Shown in pieces: positions 10,147 to 19,400 of a DNA stretch of 64,000 nt. The stretch spans positions 352,001 to 416,000 of the forward strand of contig CAWBZI010000006.1 in NCBI GenBank assembly GCA_963793265.1. The letters run 5' to 3'. Within the stretch, counting starts at the first letter, position 1. Each line of letters opens with the position of its first letter. The stretch is from an uncultured cyanobacterium (GTDB taxonomy: Bacteria > Cyanobacteriota > Cyanobacteriia > Phormidesmidales > Phormidesmidaceae). A model generated the notes under the pieces. The model was given only the letters and a program-made list of their open reading frames with translations. It was not told where the DNA came from and searched no databases. A program made the translations under genes and the position numbers.

Positions 10147-10176
10147 TTGACACAACAGAAAGTATCCTGATACGCT
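10147..10176 (+). promoter_or_regulatory. Sigma70-type promoter
   Basis: TTGACA (10147-10152), 18 nt spacer, TGn-TACGCT (10168-10176). Confidence 0.6.
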
Positions 10177-10215
10177 ACTTAGCAAGGCATTACTCCAAGT
10201 AATCGCCGCCCGCCC

Positions 10216-10300
10216 GAAAAATTAGCCGTTGTCGGCGTTGGATTAGGCCCCAACACCGACAACTAACCTCAAAACTGACACTAGACAGTTCAGAGGCTAT
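10216..10300 (-). ncRNA. Candidate cis-antisense small RNA (about 85 nt)
   Basis: Minus-strand TGG-CATGAT extended -10 at 10305-10313; the transcript folds a small hairpin, then a 14-bp stem that is fully paired (with a G-U) only on this strand, followed by a U-run. Confidence 0.45.
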
Positions 10301-10314
10301 TGGCATCATGCCAT

Positions 10315-10354
10315 AGCCACCCTGACTCCTGGCAAGTTAGAGTGGCTTTTTTTT
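10315..10354 (+). terminator. Intrinsic terminator/attenuator hairpin in a 5' leader
   Basis: AGCCAC-C-CTGACT / AGTTAG-A-GTGGCT stem followed by a long T run, immediately before the 10389 ORF. Confidence 0.6.
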
Positions 10355-10388
10355 CGTGGCTTTCTTCCCCTACTCACCGGAGAAACCC

Positions 10389-10679
10389 ATGAAACCCCTA
10401 TCATTCCTCAGCGATCAGCCCACTGGTCGCACAGCTCAACACGCCCAAAACGCCCCCACGCTCCTCACCGCCCTCACGCCTCACGGCACCCCTCAACGCG
10501 AACCCATCCGCCACATCCTACTAGGCTCCCCCGCCGCCGTTCGCCAAACCATCCACACCTCGCACATCCTACATTACGCCGAAACCGTTCTGTGGAGCCC
10601 CATTATGGCTACTGAAGAACAGCTAATTATTACGCCTGCCCAAGGTGAGGCAATGAGTCTTTTGCGAAAATACTTGTAG
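10389..10679 (+). CDS. Small cyanobacterial hypothetical protein (REPIRHILLGSP...VRQTIH..H...YAE...WSP type)
   Basis: GGAG ribosome-binding site before ATG 10389 (alternative GTG at 10356); I recognise the motif from a cyanobacterial family of unknown function. Confidence 0.7.
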   Translation: MKPLSFLSDQPTGRTAQHAQNAPTLLTALTPHGTPQREPIRHILLGSPAAVRQTIHTSHILHYAETVLWSPIMATEEQLIITPAQGEAMSLLRKYL

Positions 10680-10725
10680 ATTCTGCTTCTAGCGGTAATA
10701 ATTTAGATCTAAATTATTGTTGTTT

Positions 10726-10752
10726 AGGGCACGAAGTATAGTTTCGTGCCCT
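10726..10752. terminator. Hairpin between convergent genes (REP-like)
   Basis: AGGGCACGAA-gtatagt-TTCGTGCCCT perfect 10-bp stem. Confidence 0.6.
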
Positions 10753-10770
10753 CTTGTTATGCTGTTGTTT

Positions 10771-11583
10771 CTAAATATCGGAATTATTTGCGCTTTCAGA
10801 GTCTTCTGCCTTCTCGTATTGAACGCCAAGGCTACCATCCTCACTAATCACGATGCTTCCGCCTAATTCCTCTATTTTTTTAATTGCTCGAATGCGAGTA
10901 TCTTTATCTAGTGCCGTAGTTAGTAAGCTACTCCAAGCGTCTATCTGTGCAACCCGGCTATTGGGATTATCTGCCAAGAAGTCAGCGGTTCTACGTGACT
11001 GTATGGCAATTTGCTCAGAGCCAGGAGCTTTTGATTGCGCTGCCCAGTCTGCTGCCGTACCGAACGATGCTTGTGCGGCTTTATTATCGCCCAAAAATAA
11101 AAGCTCATCTACGGCTTTATATCGCCAAACGTAATAGCTATCAGGGGGTTGATTTGGACTCAGATTAGAAAGTCCCGATGCCGTTATCTCAACAGACCTG
11201 TCTGGTCTGCCAGCATACAAAGTGCTGCTACCCGAAAGGAAAATATAAAAGTCTCGATAGTAAGGATCTTGACTAATCAGAGCCTCAAAAAAATCCGGGC
11301 TTTTAGCATAGCCAAATTGTTTGCGAGCATCATCATCACCAAAGTACTGCAAAAACTGAATAAACACAGTATTAGCGACAACATTCCTAAATCCTATACT
11401 TGGTGAGTGCCGCACAAGCTCTAAACTCGCACTCAGTTCTTCTCCACTGCTATCTATTTGTGCCTGAGCACTGTTTGTAGAGCGCGCTTTGAGATCGGCC
11501 TTTTCTATAAATTGCGAACCCACAACTGTTGCGCCCAAAATGGCTGCTGTTGCTAACCTTAGAAAAATGTTGGTAGATATCAT
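10771..11583 (-). CDS. Pilin-locus associated membrane-anchored protein (similar to the gene following pilA1-pilA2 in Synechocystis)
   Basis: N-terminal TM; PSIGFRNVVAN..FIQFLQYFGDDDAR...GY, YYVWRYKAVDELLFLGD; position downstream of two pilins. Confidence 0.7.
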   Translation of the reverse strand: MISTNIFLRLATAAILGATVVGSQFIEKADLKARSTNSAQAQIDSSGEELSASLELVRHSPSIGFRNVVANTVFIQFLQYFGDDDARKQFGYAKSPDFFEALISQDPYYRDFYIFLSGSSTLYAGRPDRSVEITASGLSNLSPNQPPDSYYVWRYKAVDELLFLGDNKAAQASFGTAADWAAQSKAPGSEQIAIQSRRTADFLADNPNSRVAQIDAWSSLLTTALDKDTRIRAIKKIEELGGSIVISEDGSLGVQYEKAEDSESANNSDI

Positions 11584-11667
11584 GGCACGATAAACCTCTC
11601 AGCTCTTGTCAGGAGGCAATTTTATTACTTAGTCTATAGTCTGTTGTTATATTCTTGACAACTGAAC

Positions 11668-12249
11668 TTACTTTACTGTTCGATAAACGGATGCATCGCA
11701 AGCGGGTGGCCCAGCAAGAGCTGATTCAAGATTGTTAGGTTCTAATATCGTTCCATCTTCACCAGAGACAAAAGGCGGAGTTAATGCTTCACAGATAACA
11801 GATAAAGTACTTGCTTCCCCAGTGCCGCTATGCCTTCCTGCTTTGACACCGCCTAGATATGCTAAAGCGCCCGACTGTAAACCGGGTACGTTGCTGAAGC
11901 TTCCGTCACTTGGAATCGCTCTATTAACAACGCTATTGCCAGCCGCGCTACCCACACTTATTCGATAAATATAATTAGCTGTTTCAGATGAAATGCCAAG
12001 ACCTAGCTCTCCAGCATCTACTGTGAAGCTTCCCTGCTCCATATACTCTGCTTGCTGCGCACGATTCATTGAGCCGATATACGTTTTAGCTTCTGTTTGC
12101 CTAGCTTTGTTAGCCTGGCTTAAAAAAGAAGGTAGTGAGATCGCAGATAAAATTCCTATAACAATGATAACCATCAGGAGTTCAAGAATGGTGTATCCCT
12201 GATTGTTATTCCTTTTCCTCCTTTTTACATACTCATAATCAATCATCAT
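11668..12249 (-). CDS. pilA2: Type IV pilin-like protein (PilA2-like)
   Basis: Basic leader, G|YTILELLMVIIVIGILSAISLPSFL, KARQTEAKTYIGSMNRAQQA, C-terminal Cys pair. Confidence 0.85.
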   Translation of the reverse strand: MMIDYEYVKRRKRNNNQGYTILELLMVIIVIGILSAISLPSFLSQANKARQTEAKTYIGSMNRAQQAEYMEQGSFTVDAGELGLGISSETANYIYRISVGSAAGNSVVNRAIPSDGSFSNVPGLQSGALAYLGGVKAGRHSGTGEASTLSVICEALTPPFVSGEDGTILEPNNLESALAGPPACDASVYRTVK

Positions 12250-12294
12250 GAAACTCTACGAAACTGCTAGGACTTATGTCTTCTGAGTCTTAAA

Positions 12295-12337
12295 CAAGCA
12301 AAGGGAAGCGAGATATGACATCACTTCCCTTTGCTTG
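12295..12337 (-). terminator. Stem-loop between pilA1 and pilA2
   Basis: CAAGCAAAGGGAAG / CTTCCCTTTGCTTG 14-bp perfect stem; second small stem GCTTGC/GCAAGC at 12356-12372. Confidence 0.7.
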
Positions 12338-12404
12338 CTCTTACTTATTATCTGCGCTTGCTAAACGCAAGCAACAGAAGCAGACGCTCTATGTATCAGC
12401 ACAA

Positions 12405-13067
12405 TTACTGAATTGCCTTAAAACCAGCACCACACTCAGGAGCACCTGCAGCACTGGCCAGTAGGCTGGCTGGTGCTGGTGTAACAGCATACATTCCAGG
12501 TGTTGGGTTTGAAATAGGAGGCGTGAGTGCTTCACACAAAGTTGCGAGAGTCGTTGCATCGCCAGCTGTAGCAGTAGTCACACCAATTTTTACAGTACCA
12601 AAGTACTGCTTAACGGAAGCGGCGGGATCAGGATCACCCACGGCACCTGTAGCCGGGGTGAGGCCAACGGAAGGCGTAGCAGTGTTGTTAACCGCACTGC
12701 TTCCAGCAGCAAGGCCAGTGATCCCGCCGATTGCATAGCTGTAGTTCTCTGTCTCAGGCGTAATTCCTAAACCTAAAGCCGAAAAAGCAAGTGCATCAGT
12801 AGTAAGGCTAGCATCTGAACCGTTAAAAGCGAAGTTTCCGTTCTCTAAGTAGTAAGCTTGCTGAGCACGGTTCATAGAACCAATGTAAGTCTTAGCTTCA
12901 GACTGCTTAGCTTTGTTAGCCTGGTTCAAGAAGGAAGGCAGTGCAATCGCCGACAGAATACCGATGATGATAATTACAACAAGAAGCTCAATGAGAGTAA
13001 AACCGCCGTCAGCCTTTTTCTTTGCTGCGAAGTGCTGAAGCAATTTTGCCTTAATTTGAGTTGTCAT
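12405..13067 (-). CDS. pilA1: Major type IV pilin
   Basis: G|FTLIELLVVIIIIGILSAIALPSFLNQANKAKQSEAKTYIGSMNRAQQAYYLE; GGAG RBS; C-terminal Cys pair. Confidence 0.93.
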   Translation of the reverse strand: MTTQIKAKLLQHFAAKKKADGGFTLIELLVVIIIIGILSAIALPSFLNQANKAKQSEAKTYIGSMNRAQQAYYLENGNFAFNGSDASLTTDALAFSALGLGITPETENYSYAIGGITGLAAGSSAVNNTATPSVGLTPATGAVGDPDPAASVKQYFGTVKIGVTTATAGDATTLATLCEALTPPISNPTPGMYAVTPAPASLLASAAGAPECGAGFKAIQ

Positions 13068-13425
13068 GGAAGGTGTCTCCGTGATGTTTTGAGGTAGGTT
13101 CGTGTGTTTAATGAAATCAAGCTAGCCAGCTTACCAAAAAGAGAAATCAAAAAGCTTGAAACCCTCTCAGCGCTTAGCGTTTACTTGCTTTCCGCTCCGA
13201 ACTTAAGTTGCCCGCCAACATTTCTTGAACAGTCAGCCTATTTACACAAGGAGCCACCCACAAATCTCTCACTTATCCGTACTTTGCCGGTACCTTCTCC
13301 CCGACCATCCACTCAAACCACCGCCAACATCCCCCTGCAACCCTATAATGCCCTCTCACTAATCAAAATAACTTGCTAACAAAAACTTCTGTTGTTTTAT
13401 AAATAACTCTCAGGAGAGAGCACAG

Positions 13426-14199
13426 CTACGACAAATCCTCTGGGTCAATCCCCTGCGCCCTCAAAACCTCCTCCAACCGTTCCCTTCGCAGCCGCTCCTC
13501 CTGCAATAGCGACTCTGCCTGATCTGCTCGCAACTGCTCCTGATCCGCTCGCGATCGCGCCTGATCTGCTCGCAACCGCGCCTGCTCCTCCCCACTAAAA
13601 TGCCGGACGCCTTGCTCGTTATACCAGGCCATCATCTCCATTTGTACATTCCCAAACTGCCCCTGATACCGCCCTATCCCCAGCCCAACCTCCGGCATCC
13701 AATAAGGCTCACCCTGCTGTAGCTGGTAGTGCCCTTCTTCTAACCTATACACCTCAAACGGCTGGTGCCCATCCCGCTGCCAAAAGCTCTGATTATAGAC
13801 AACGTAATACAGCACCCCCAGCTCAGCATAAAGGCTCATACCCTCATCGTATTCTCCTCTAGGAATATGAGAAACCATCTCCAAAACCAGCACAGGCCGA
13901 ACATCATCATTCTCCCAGGTTGCATAGCTCCCTCTATCTTCCGGCTCCCGCCGCCGATCCACACCCACACACAAAAACGCCTCAGGCACCGCTGGCACTC
14001 TCACATCAATCCCTGTCGTATGATAAATCGCCATCTTCACCCCAAAATACCAATCCATCCGCTTCCCCCATAAATCTAGAAGCGAAAACCTCAGCAAATT
14101 AGGCAACAGATTATGCAGCTCATTATCTACCGGCCTACCATCCGAATAAGGCAGCTCAGTCGTACTCGGCAAATCCTGACAACGATAGGCAGATGACAT
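13426..14199 (-). CDS. Uma2 family (DUF820) protein with coiled-coil tail, possibly catalytically degenerate
   Basis: LPYSDGRPVDNELHNL, YAELGVLYYVVY, PYWMPEVGLGIG, RADQ repeats, LRAQGIDP end. Confidence 0.88.
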   Translation of the reverse strand: MSSAYRCQDLPSTTELPYSDGRPVDNELHNLLPNLLRFSLLDLWGKRMDWYFGVKMAIYHTTGIDVRVPAVPEAFLCVGVDRRREPEDRGSYATWENDDVRPVLVLEMVSHIPRGEYDEGMSLYAELGVLYYVVYNQSFWQRDGHQPFEVYRLEEGHYQLQQGEPYWMPEVGLGIGRYQGQFGNVQMEMMAWYNEQGVRHFSGEEQARLRADQARSRADQEQLRADQAESLLQEERLRRERLEEVLRAQGIDPEDLS

Positions 14200-14329
14200 C
14201 GCAAACCCTTAAAAAGCTATGCTTATTCTGTATGAGTCAACTATCACAAACGAATTCATCTCTATTAGCGTTCTCAAAGCTTGCGCTACTGATATAGTCA
14301 ATACCAGTAGTACCAATCAAAGGCGGACA

Positions 14330-14566
14330 ATGGATACTTCTCTTCTGAAAAGAATCACCATAGACTCAGAAATATGCCACGGGAAACCTTGTGTCCGTGG
14401 ATTACGCTATCCGGTAGAATTTCTTTTGGAACTGCTCAGCTCTGGAATGACACACGATGAAATACTGTCAGACTATGACGACTTAGAAAATGCAGACATC
14501 TTGGCTGTACTGCTATTTGCGACACGACTCAGCCAAGTCAAAAGCTTACATAAACTTGCCTCATGA
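14330..14566 (+). CDS. DUF433 family putative antitoxin
   Basis: RITIDSEICHGKPCVRGLRYPV...LSSGMT.DEILSDY..LE..DI.A.L.FA; overlaps the next gene (ATGA). Confidence 0.9.
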   Translation: MDTSLLKRITIDSEICHGKPCVRGLRYPVEFLLELLSSGMTHDEILSDYDDLENADILAVLLFATRLSQVKSLHKLAS

Positions 14567-14916
14567 AGTTTATCGTTGATGCCCAATTACCAAAGCGATT
14601 GGCATATCTTATTCAAAGCGAAGGCTACGATTGTCTTCACACCCAAGACCTAATTCAGGGCAATGCAACTTCAGACGCCGATATCAACACGCTCTCTCTC
14701 GAAGAAGAAAGAATCGTCATCACTAAAGATGCTGATTTCGTACAGTCCTTCTTATTACAGCAAAAACCGTACAAGCTGCTCTTAGTTGCTACAGGCAATA
14801 TCAAAAACTCAGAACTTGAAAAGATCTTTAAAGATAATCTGCAACAGGTAGCAACGCTACTTGAATTACACGATTATATTGAACTTGGTCGAGACGAAAT
14901 CTTCATCCACCAGTAA
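14563..14916 (+). CDS. DUF5615 PIN-like putative toxin
   Basis: MKFIVDAQLP, SDADI, RIVITKDADF motifs. Confidence 0.9.
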   Translation: MKFIVDAQLPKRLAYLIQSEGYDCLHTQDLIQGNATSDADINTLSLEEERIVITKDADFVQSFLLQQKPYKLLLVATGNIKNSELEKIFKDNLQQVATLLELHDYIELGRDEIFIHQ

Positions 14917-14933
14917 ATAACACCTCACCCTCC

Positions 14934-16409
14934 TCAAAAATTCTCTAATCCCTCAAACTTACCACCTGCCCCATGCGCCGACTCTCCACAAGTCCTCGGC
15001 GTCGGAAAAATCTTCGTCGGATTCGCCAGGCCCTTCTTATTCACCGCCCCCCGCACCCACTGCATCGTCTCCAAATCTGTTGCACTAAACATATTTGGCA
15101 TATAGCACCGCTTATCCGCCCCAATCCCATGCTCACCCGAAATACTCCCCCCCACGCTCACACACAGCTTCAAAATATCTCCCCCCAAAGCCTCCACTTC
15201 CTCTAGCTGCCCCGGAATATTGTTGTTATACAAAATCAGCGGATGCAAATTCCCATCCCCCGCATGAAACACATTCGCCACCCGATACCCGTGTTTGTGG
15301 CCAAGCTGTTCTATCTCCTGCAACACCTCCGGCAGCCGGGTTCTCGGAATCACCCCGTCCTGCACATAATAATCAGGGCTCAGCTTCCCCATCGCCGCAA
15401 ACGCCGCCTTTCTCCCCTTCCACAGCCGTAGCCGCTCAGCCTCATCTGTTGCAATCGTGAGCTGCCGCGCCCCGTTCTTATTACAAAAGGTCGCGATCGC
15501 CTCAGCACTCGCCGCCACCTCAGCCGGAGCCCCATCTATCTCAATCAACAATATCGCCACCGCATCACGCGGGTAGCAGTTCGTCGCCACCACATCTTCC
15601 ACCGCATTCAAACTAAAGTTGTCCATCATCTCCAGCCCCGCCGGAATAATCCCCGCGCCAATGATGTCCGACACCGTTTCGCCCGCCGCCTCCACACTCG
15701 TAAAGTCAGCCAAAATCACCTGCACACACTCCGGCACCTTCAGCACCTTCAGCGTCACCTCAGTCGCAATCCCCAGCGTCCCTTCCGACCCCACAAAAAC
15801 GCCCGTCAGGTCATACCCTGGCATCTCCGGCAACGATCCACCGATTTCAACAATCTCACCATCCGGCAGCACCACCATCACACCCATCACGTGGTTCGTC
15901 GTCACCCCATACTTCAGACAGTGCACCCCACCCGAATTCTCAGCCACATTGCCCCCCACCGAGCAAGCCTGCTGGCTAGACGGATCGGGCGCATAGTAAA
16001 ACCCCGCCCCGCTCACCGCCTGCGTCACCCAGCCATTAATCACACCCGGCTGCACCACTACGCGCTGGTTGTCATAGTCAATATCCAAAACCTGCTGCAT
16101 ACAGGTCGTCACAATCAGCACGCACTCCTCAATCGGCAGCGCCCCGCCCGAAAGCCCAGTACCCGCCCCGCGCGTCACAAAAGGAATATCCTGCTCGTGG
16201 CACAGCTTCACCACCGCCGCCACCTCTTCAGTCGTGCGCGGCAACGTCACCACCGCTGGCCGCTGCCGATAGCTCGTAAGCCCATCGCACTCATACACCA
16301 GCAGCTCTTCTTTACGCCGCATTACTCTGTTTGCATCCAGCAGCGCTTCGAGCGATCGCACCACCGGATTCCAATCACGAGCAACAGGCCGAGCAACAAC
16401 AGCAACCAT
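14934..16409 (-). CDS. glcD: Glycolate oxidase subunit GlcD
   Basis: YECDG, RGAGTGLSGGA, YAPDPSSQ, GGNVAENSGGVHCLKYG, FHAGDGNLHP, SGEHGIG. Confidence 0.95.
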   Translation of the reverse strand: MVAVVARPVARDWNPVVRSLEALLDANRVMRRKEELLVYECDGLTSYRQRPAVVTLPRTTEEVAAVVKLCHEQDIPFVTRGAGTGLSGGALPIEECVLIVTTCMQQVLDIDYDNQRVVVQPGVINGWVTQAVSGAGFYYAPDPSSQQACSVGGNVAENSGGVHCLKYGVTTNHVMGVMVVLPDGEIVEIGGSLPEMPGYDLTGVFVGSEGTLGIATEVTLKVLKVPECVQVILADFTSVEAAGETVSDIIGAGIIPAGLEMMDNFSLNAVEDVVATNCYPRDAVAILLIEIDGAPAEVAASAEAIATFCNKNGARQLTIATDEAERLRLWKGRKAAFAAMGKLSPDYYVQDGVIPRTRLPEVLQEIEQLGHKHGYRVANVFHAGDGNLHPLILYNNNIPGQLEEVEALGGDILKLCVSVGGSISGEHGIGADKRCYMPNMFSATDLETMQWVRGAVNKKGLANPTKIFPTPRTCGESAHGAGGKFEGLENF

Positions 16410-16417
16410 AGTGAATC

Positions 16418-16459
16418 AAAAAGAAAAACACCCCTCGATCCTAACGCAGAAGGGTGTTT
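16418..16459 (-). terminator. Intrinsic terminator after hmpE
   Basis: AAACACCC / GGGTGTTT stem followed by a U-rich run on the minus strand. Confidence 0.55.
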
Positions 16460-16488
16460 CAATGCAGGCGCAGTTCTCTATGCTTAAA

Positions 16489-19400
16489 TCAGCCGCCTCT
16501 ACCCTTGGCCAGCGTCTCTCCATTCAGCATTCGCTGCGCCGCATCTAGCAGCGCCTCCTCCAAATAAGGCTTCGTAAAGTAGCCGCTCGCCCCCAAGTCC
16601 ACCGCCATCTGCCGATGACGATCCGCCCCACGCGAAGTCAGCATCGCAATCGGAATACTGCTCAAATGATTGTCCTTCTGCATCCGCGAAAGCAGCTCTA
16701 GTCCATCCATCCTCGGCATTTCAATATCACAGAACACCAAATCGCAAGGCAACCCCGAACGCAGCTTATCCCAGGCTTCTTGCCCATCTCGCGCCTGCTC
16801 CACCCGATAGCCCACTTTGTTAAAGCTCATCGAAAGCAGCTCGCGCACCGTAATCGAGTCATCCACAATCAGCACAGTCGGATCGTTCTTCACCGGAGCC
16901 TCTTCCATCGCCTTAGCCGCATCTTGCGCCCAAGTCATCGAAGCCGAATCACGACGAATTCGGCCCATCGCAATATCAATCAGCTCCAGCACGTCAGCAA
17001 TCGGCATCACCCGCCCATCACCCAGCACCGTCGCGCCTGCGATTCCCAGCGGCTTAGGCACCGGCCCCTCAAGCTGCTTAATCACAATCTCCTGCTCACC
17101 AATCACCTGGTCAACCTGAACGGCGATGTAAGTGTTTGCGCTTCTGAGCACGATAATCGAGAGCACGTCATCATCCTGACTGCCACCATACACACGGCTT
17201 CGCCCTAACGTTCTGTTGAACTTCAAGAGATTAGTAACCGGCTGGAAAGGAAGTAACGTATCGCGCCATTTTACGCAGTCTTGATCCTGTTCGTTTTTGA
17301 CAATGCGATCGCGAGGTACATCCAACATATCCTCCACCCCATCCATCGGGAAAGCAATCCGCGCCTGATTACTCACACAGCTTAGCGCCTTAGAAATACT
17401 CAGCGTCAGCGGCAACCGAATCGTAAAGCTAGTCCCCTTCCCCATCTCAGAATCAATCGTGACGCTGCCGCGAATATCCGCCAGCGACGTTCTCACCACG
17501 TCCATTCCCACGCCGCGCCCGGCAAAGTCGTCAGCCTGATCTCGCGTACTAAAGCCTGGATGAAACAACAGCTCATAAGTCTCTAGGTCAGAGAGATCTG
17601 CCGCTTCAGCTTCACCGATCAGGTTCTTCTCAATCGCCTTGCGCTTTACAAACTCAGTATTTATGCCGCCACCGTCATCAGCGACATAAATTACCGTTTG
17701 GTTACCCTGATAAAACGCTCTGACCGTGATCGAGCCCTCGGGCAATTTTCCCGCTTTCTTTCTCTCTTCTGGCGGCTCAATGCCGTGAGTAATCGCATTG
17801 TTAACCAAATGCGTAAGCGGATCGTACAGGTGCTCTACAATCATCTTATCGATCAGCGTATCTTGCCCTTCAACAATCAATCGAGCTTCCTTACCACACT
17901 TCAAAGAAATATCGCGCACCGCCCGAGGGAGTCGGTCAGCCGCCTGAGAAAAAGCCACCATTCGAGCGGTGTTTAAGCCCTCCTGTAGCTGAGTCGTAAT
18001 CTGGCGAAACTGGCGCGTCACCTGATCAGAAGATTCCACCGTGTAGCCAATGTCAGAAGAAGACTCTCGCACTCTTACAATCAGCTCAATCATCTCTTGT
18101 GAGAGCGTATGAAAGCCAGTGAAGCGATCCATCTCTAAAGCATCAAAGGTTTCACCTGTAGCATGGTCTTCAAAGGCTGTAGGATCAGCCTGTTGTGCAT
18201 TAGCCGAATCGTGAGCCCGACGGTTTGACATCAAAGAGCTTTCTAGTAGCGATCGCTCATACAAGTCCCGCATCCTCTGGCCCACATCATTAAGCTGCTG
18301 CACCTGAAACAGTAGGTTGTCTAAAAACTGTCTCAGTCGTTCTTGGTCACGTTCTAGCGTGTTTCGGCTCACTACTAGCTCGCCTACTAAGTTGCTCAGC
18401 GTGTCCAAATGCTTCACAGAAACTCGCATGTTCTGCTCACGCACGCCGCCGCTGCTGCGTCTTTGCACCGCTCTTTGAGGCGATCGCCGCTGAGTTTCAG
18501 CCAAAGGCGCACCCCCACCTTCATCAGGCCCGTCTTCCAATAGCTTCTCTAAATCACCAAAATCCTCTTCTTCGTGACTCTCTTCGCTAGAACTATTCGA
18601 GGTTCTTAAACCACCTACAAAAGTAGGCATATCGTCTGTATCAGGCTCACTGCTATCGTCTTCTTCGGCCAGCAGTGAATCAAGATTATCAAAGTCATCA
18701 CCGTCGCTGCTTTCTTCAGCTAGCAGCGAGTCGAGATCACCAAAATTATCGGCAGGCGGTATGGGAATAGCGATTGCCTCAGGTTGAGGAAGATCGAATT
18801 GCAGCGGCTCATCATCTATGGCTGCCAGCTCATCTTCTGTTAAGAACCCATCTAGCGCTTCATCTGAATCATCTTCTATCTCCGCAACAGCAGCTATGTC
18901 AGTTTTGATGTCATCGGCCCGGTCGCCATCTAACGAGTCAAAATCCAACAGATCGTCTATTTCTAGATCATTGATGTCTAAAGCATCTATTTCAGAAGTG
19001 TCAATTGCGACTTCTTGACTAAGCGCATCATCCAGATCATCGCTGAGATTATCAGCCACAGCATCTTCAATATCATCAGTGAACAGAATATCGTTTACAG
19101 GCTCAGACGCACTGGCCGGTACTTCATCTGATTCAAACTCACTGGCGTCCAAAAATAATCCATCGCTGGCATCTTCGCTTGAGTCAGCAACAGAACTTTC
19201 TAACAACTCATCTAATGCCTCTTCGCCACCAAATGCCGTTTCAAAGTCAGCTAAAATTTCCGCTGACAGCTCATCTCCAGAAACGTCAAAGCCCTCCAAA
19301 GCGTTTGAGCTGTCCTCTACACTCGCTATCTCTGCATCAGGCATCGATAAAACGTCTTCAATTTCTTCACTATCTTCTGTAGTCTCGCTCATCAGATTCA

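Noticed and set aside
13104..13379. 91-aa ORF upstream of pilA1 and possible SigF boxes (TGGTAAG, GGATAAG)
   Set aside because: The ORF has no family features and covers the pilA1 promoter region; the boxes are imperfect and not diagnostic
14973..16487. Pro/His-rich plus-strand ORFs opposite glcD
   Set aside because: By-products of the C-rich skew on the non-coding strand
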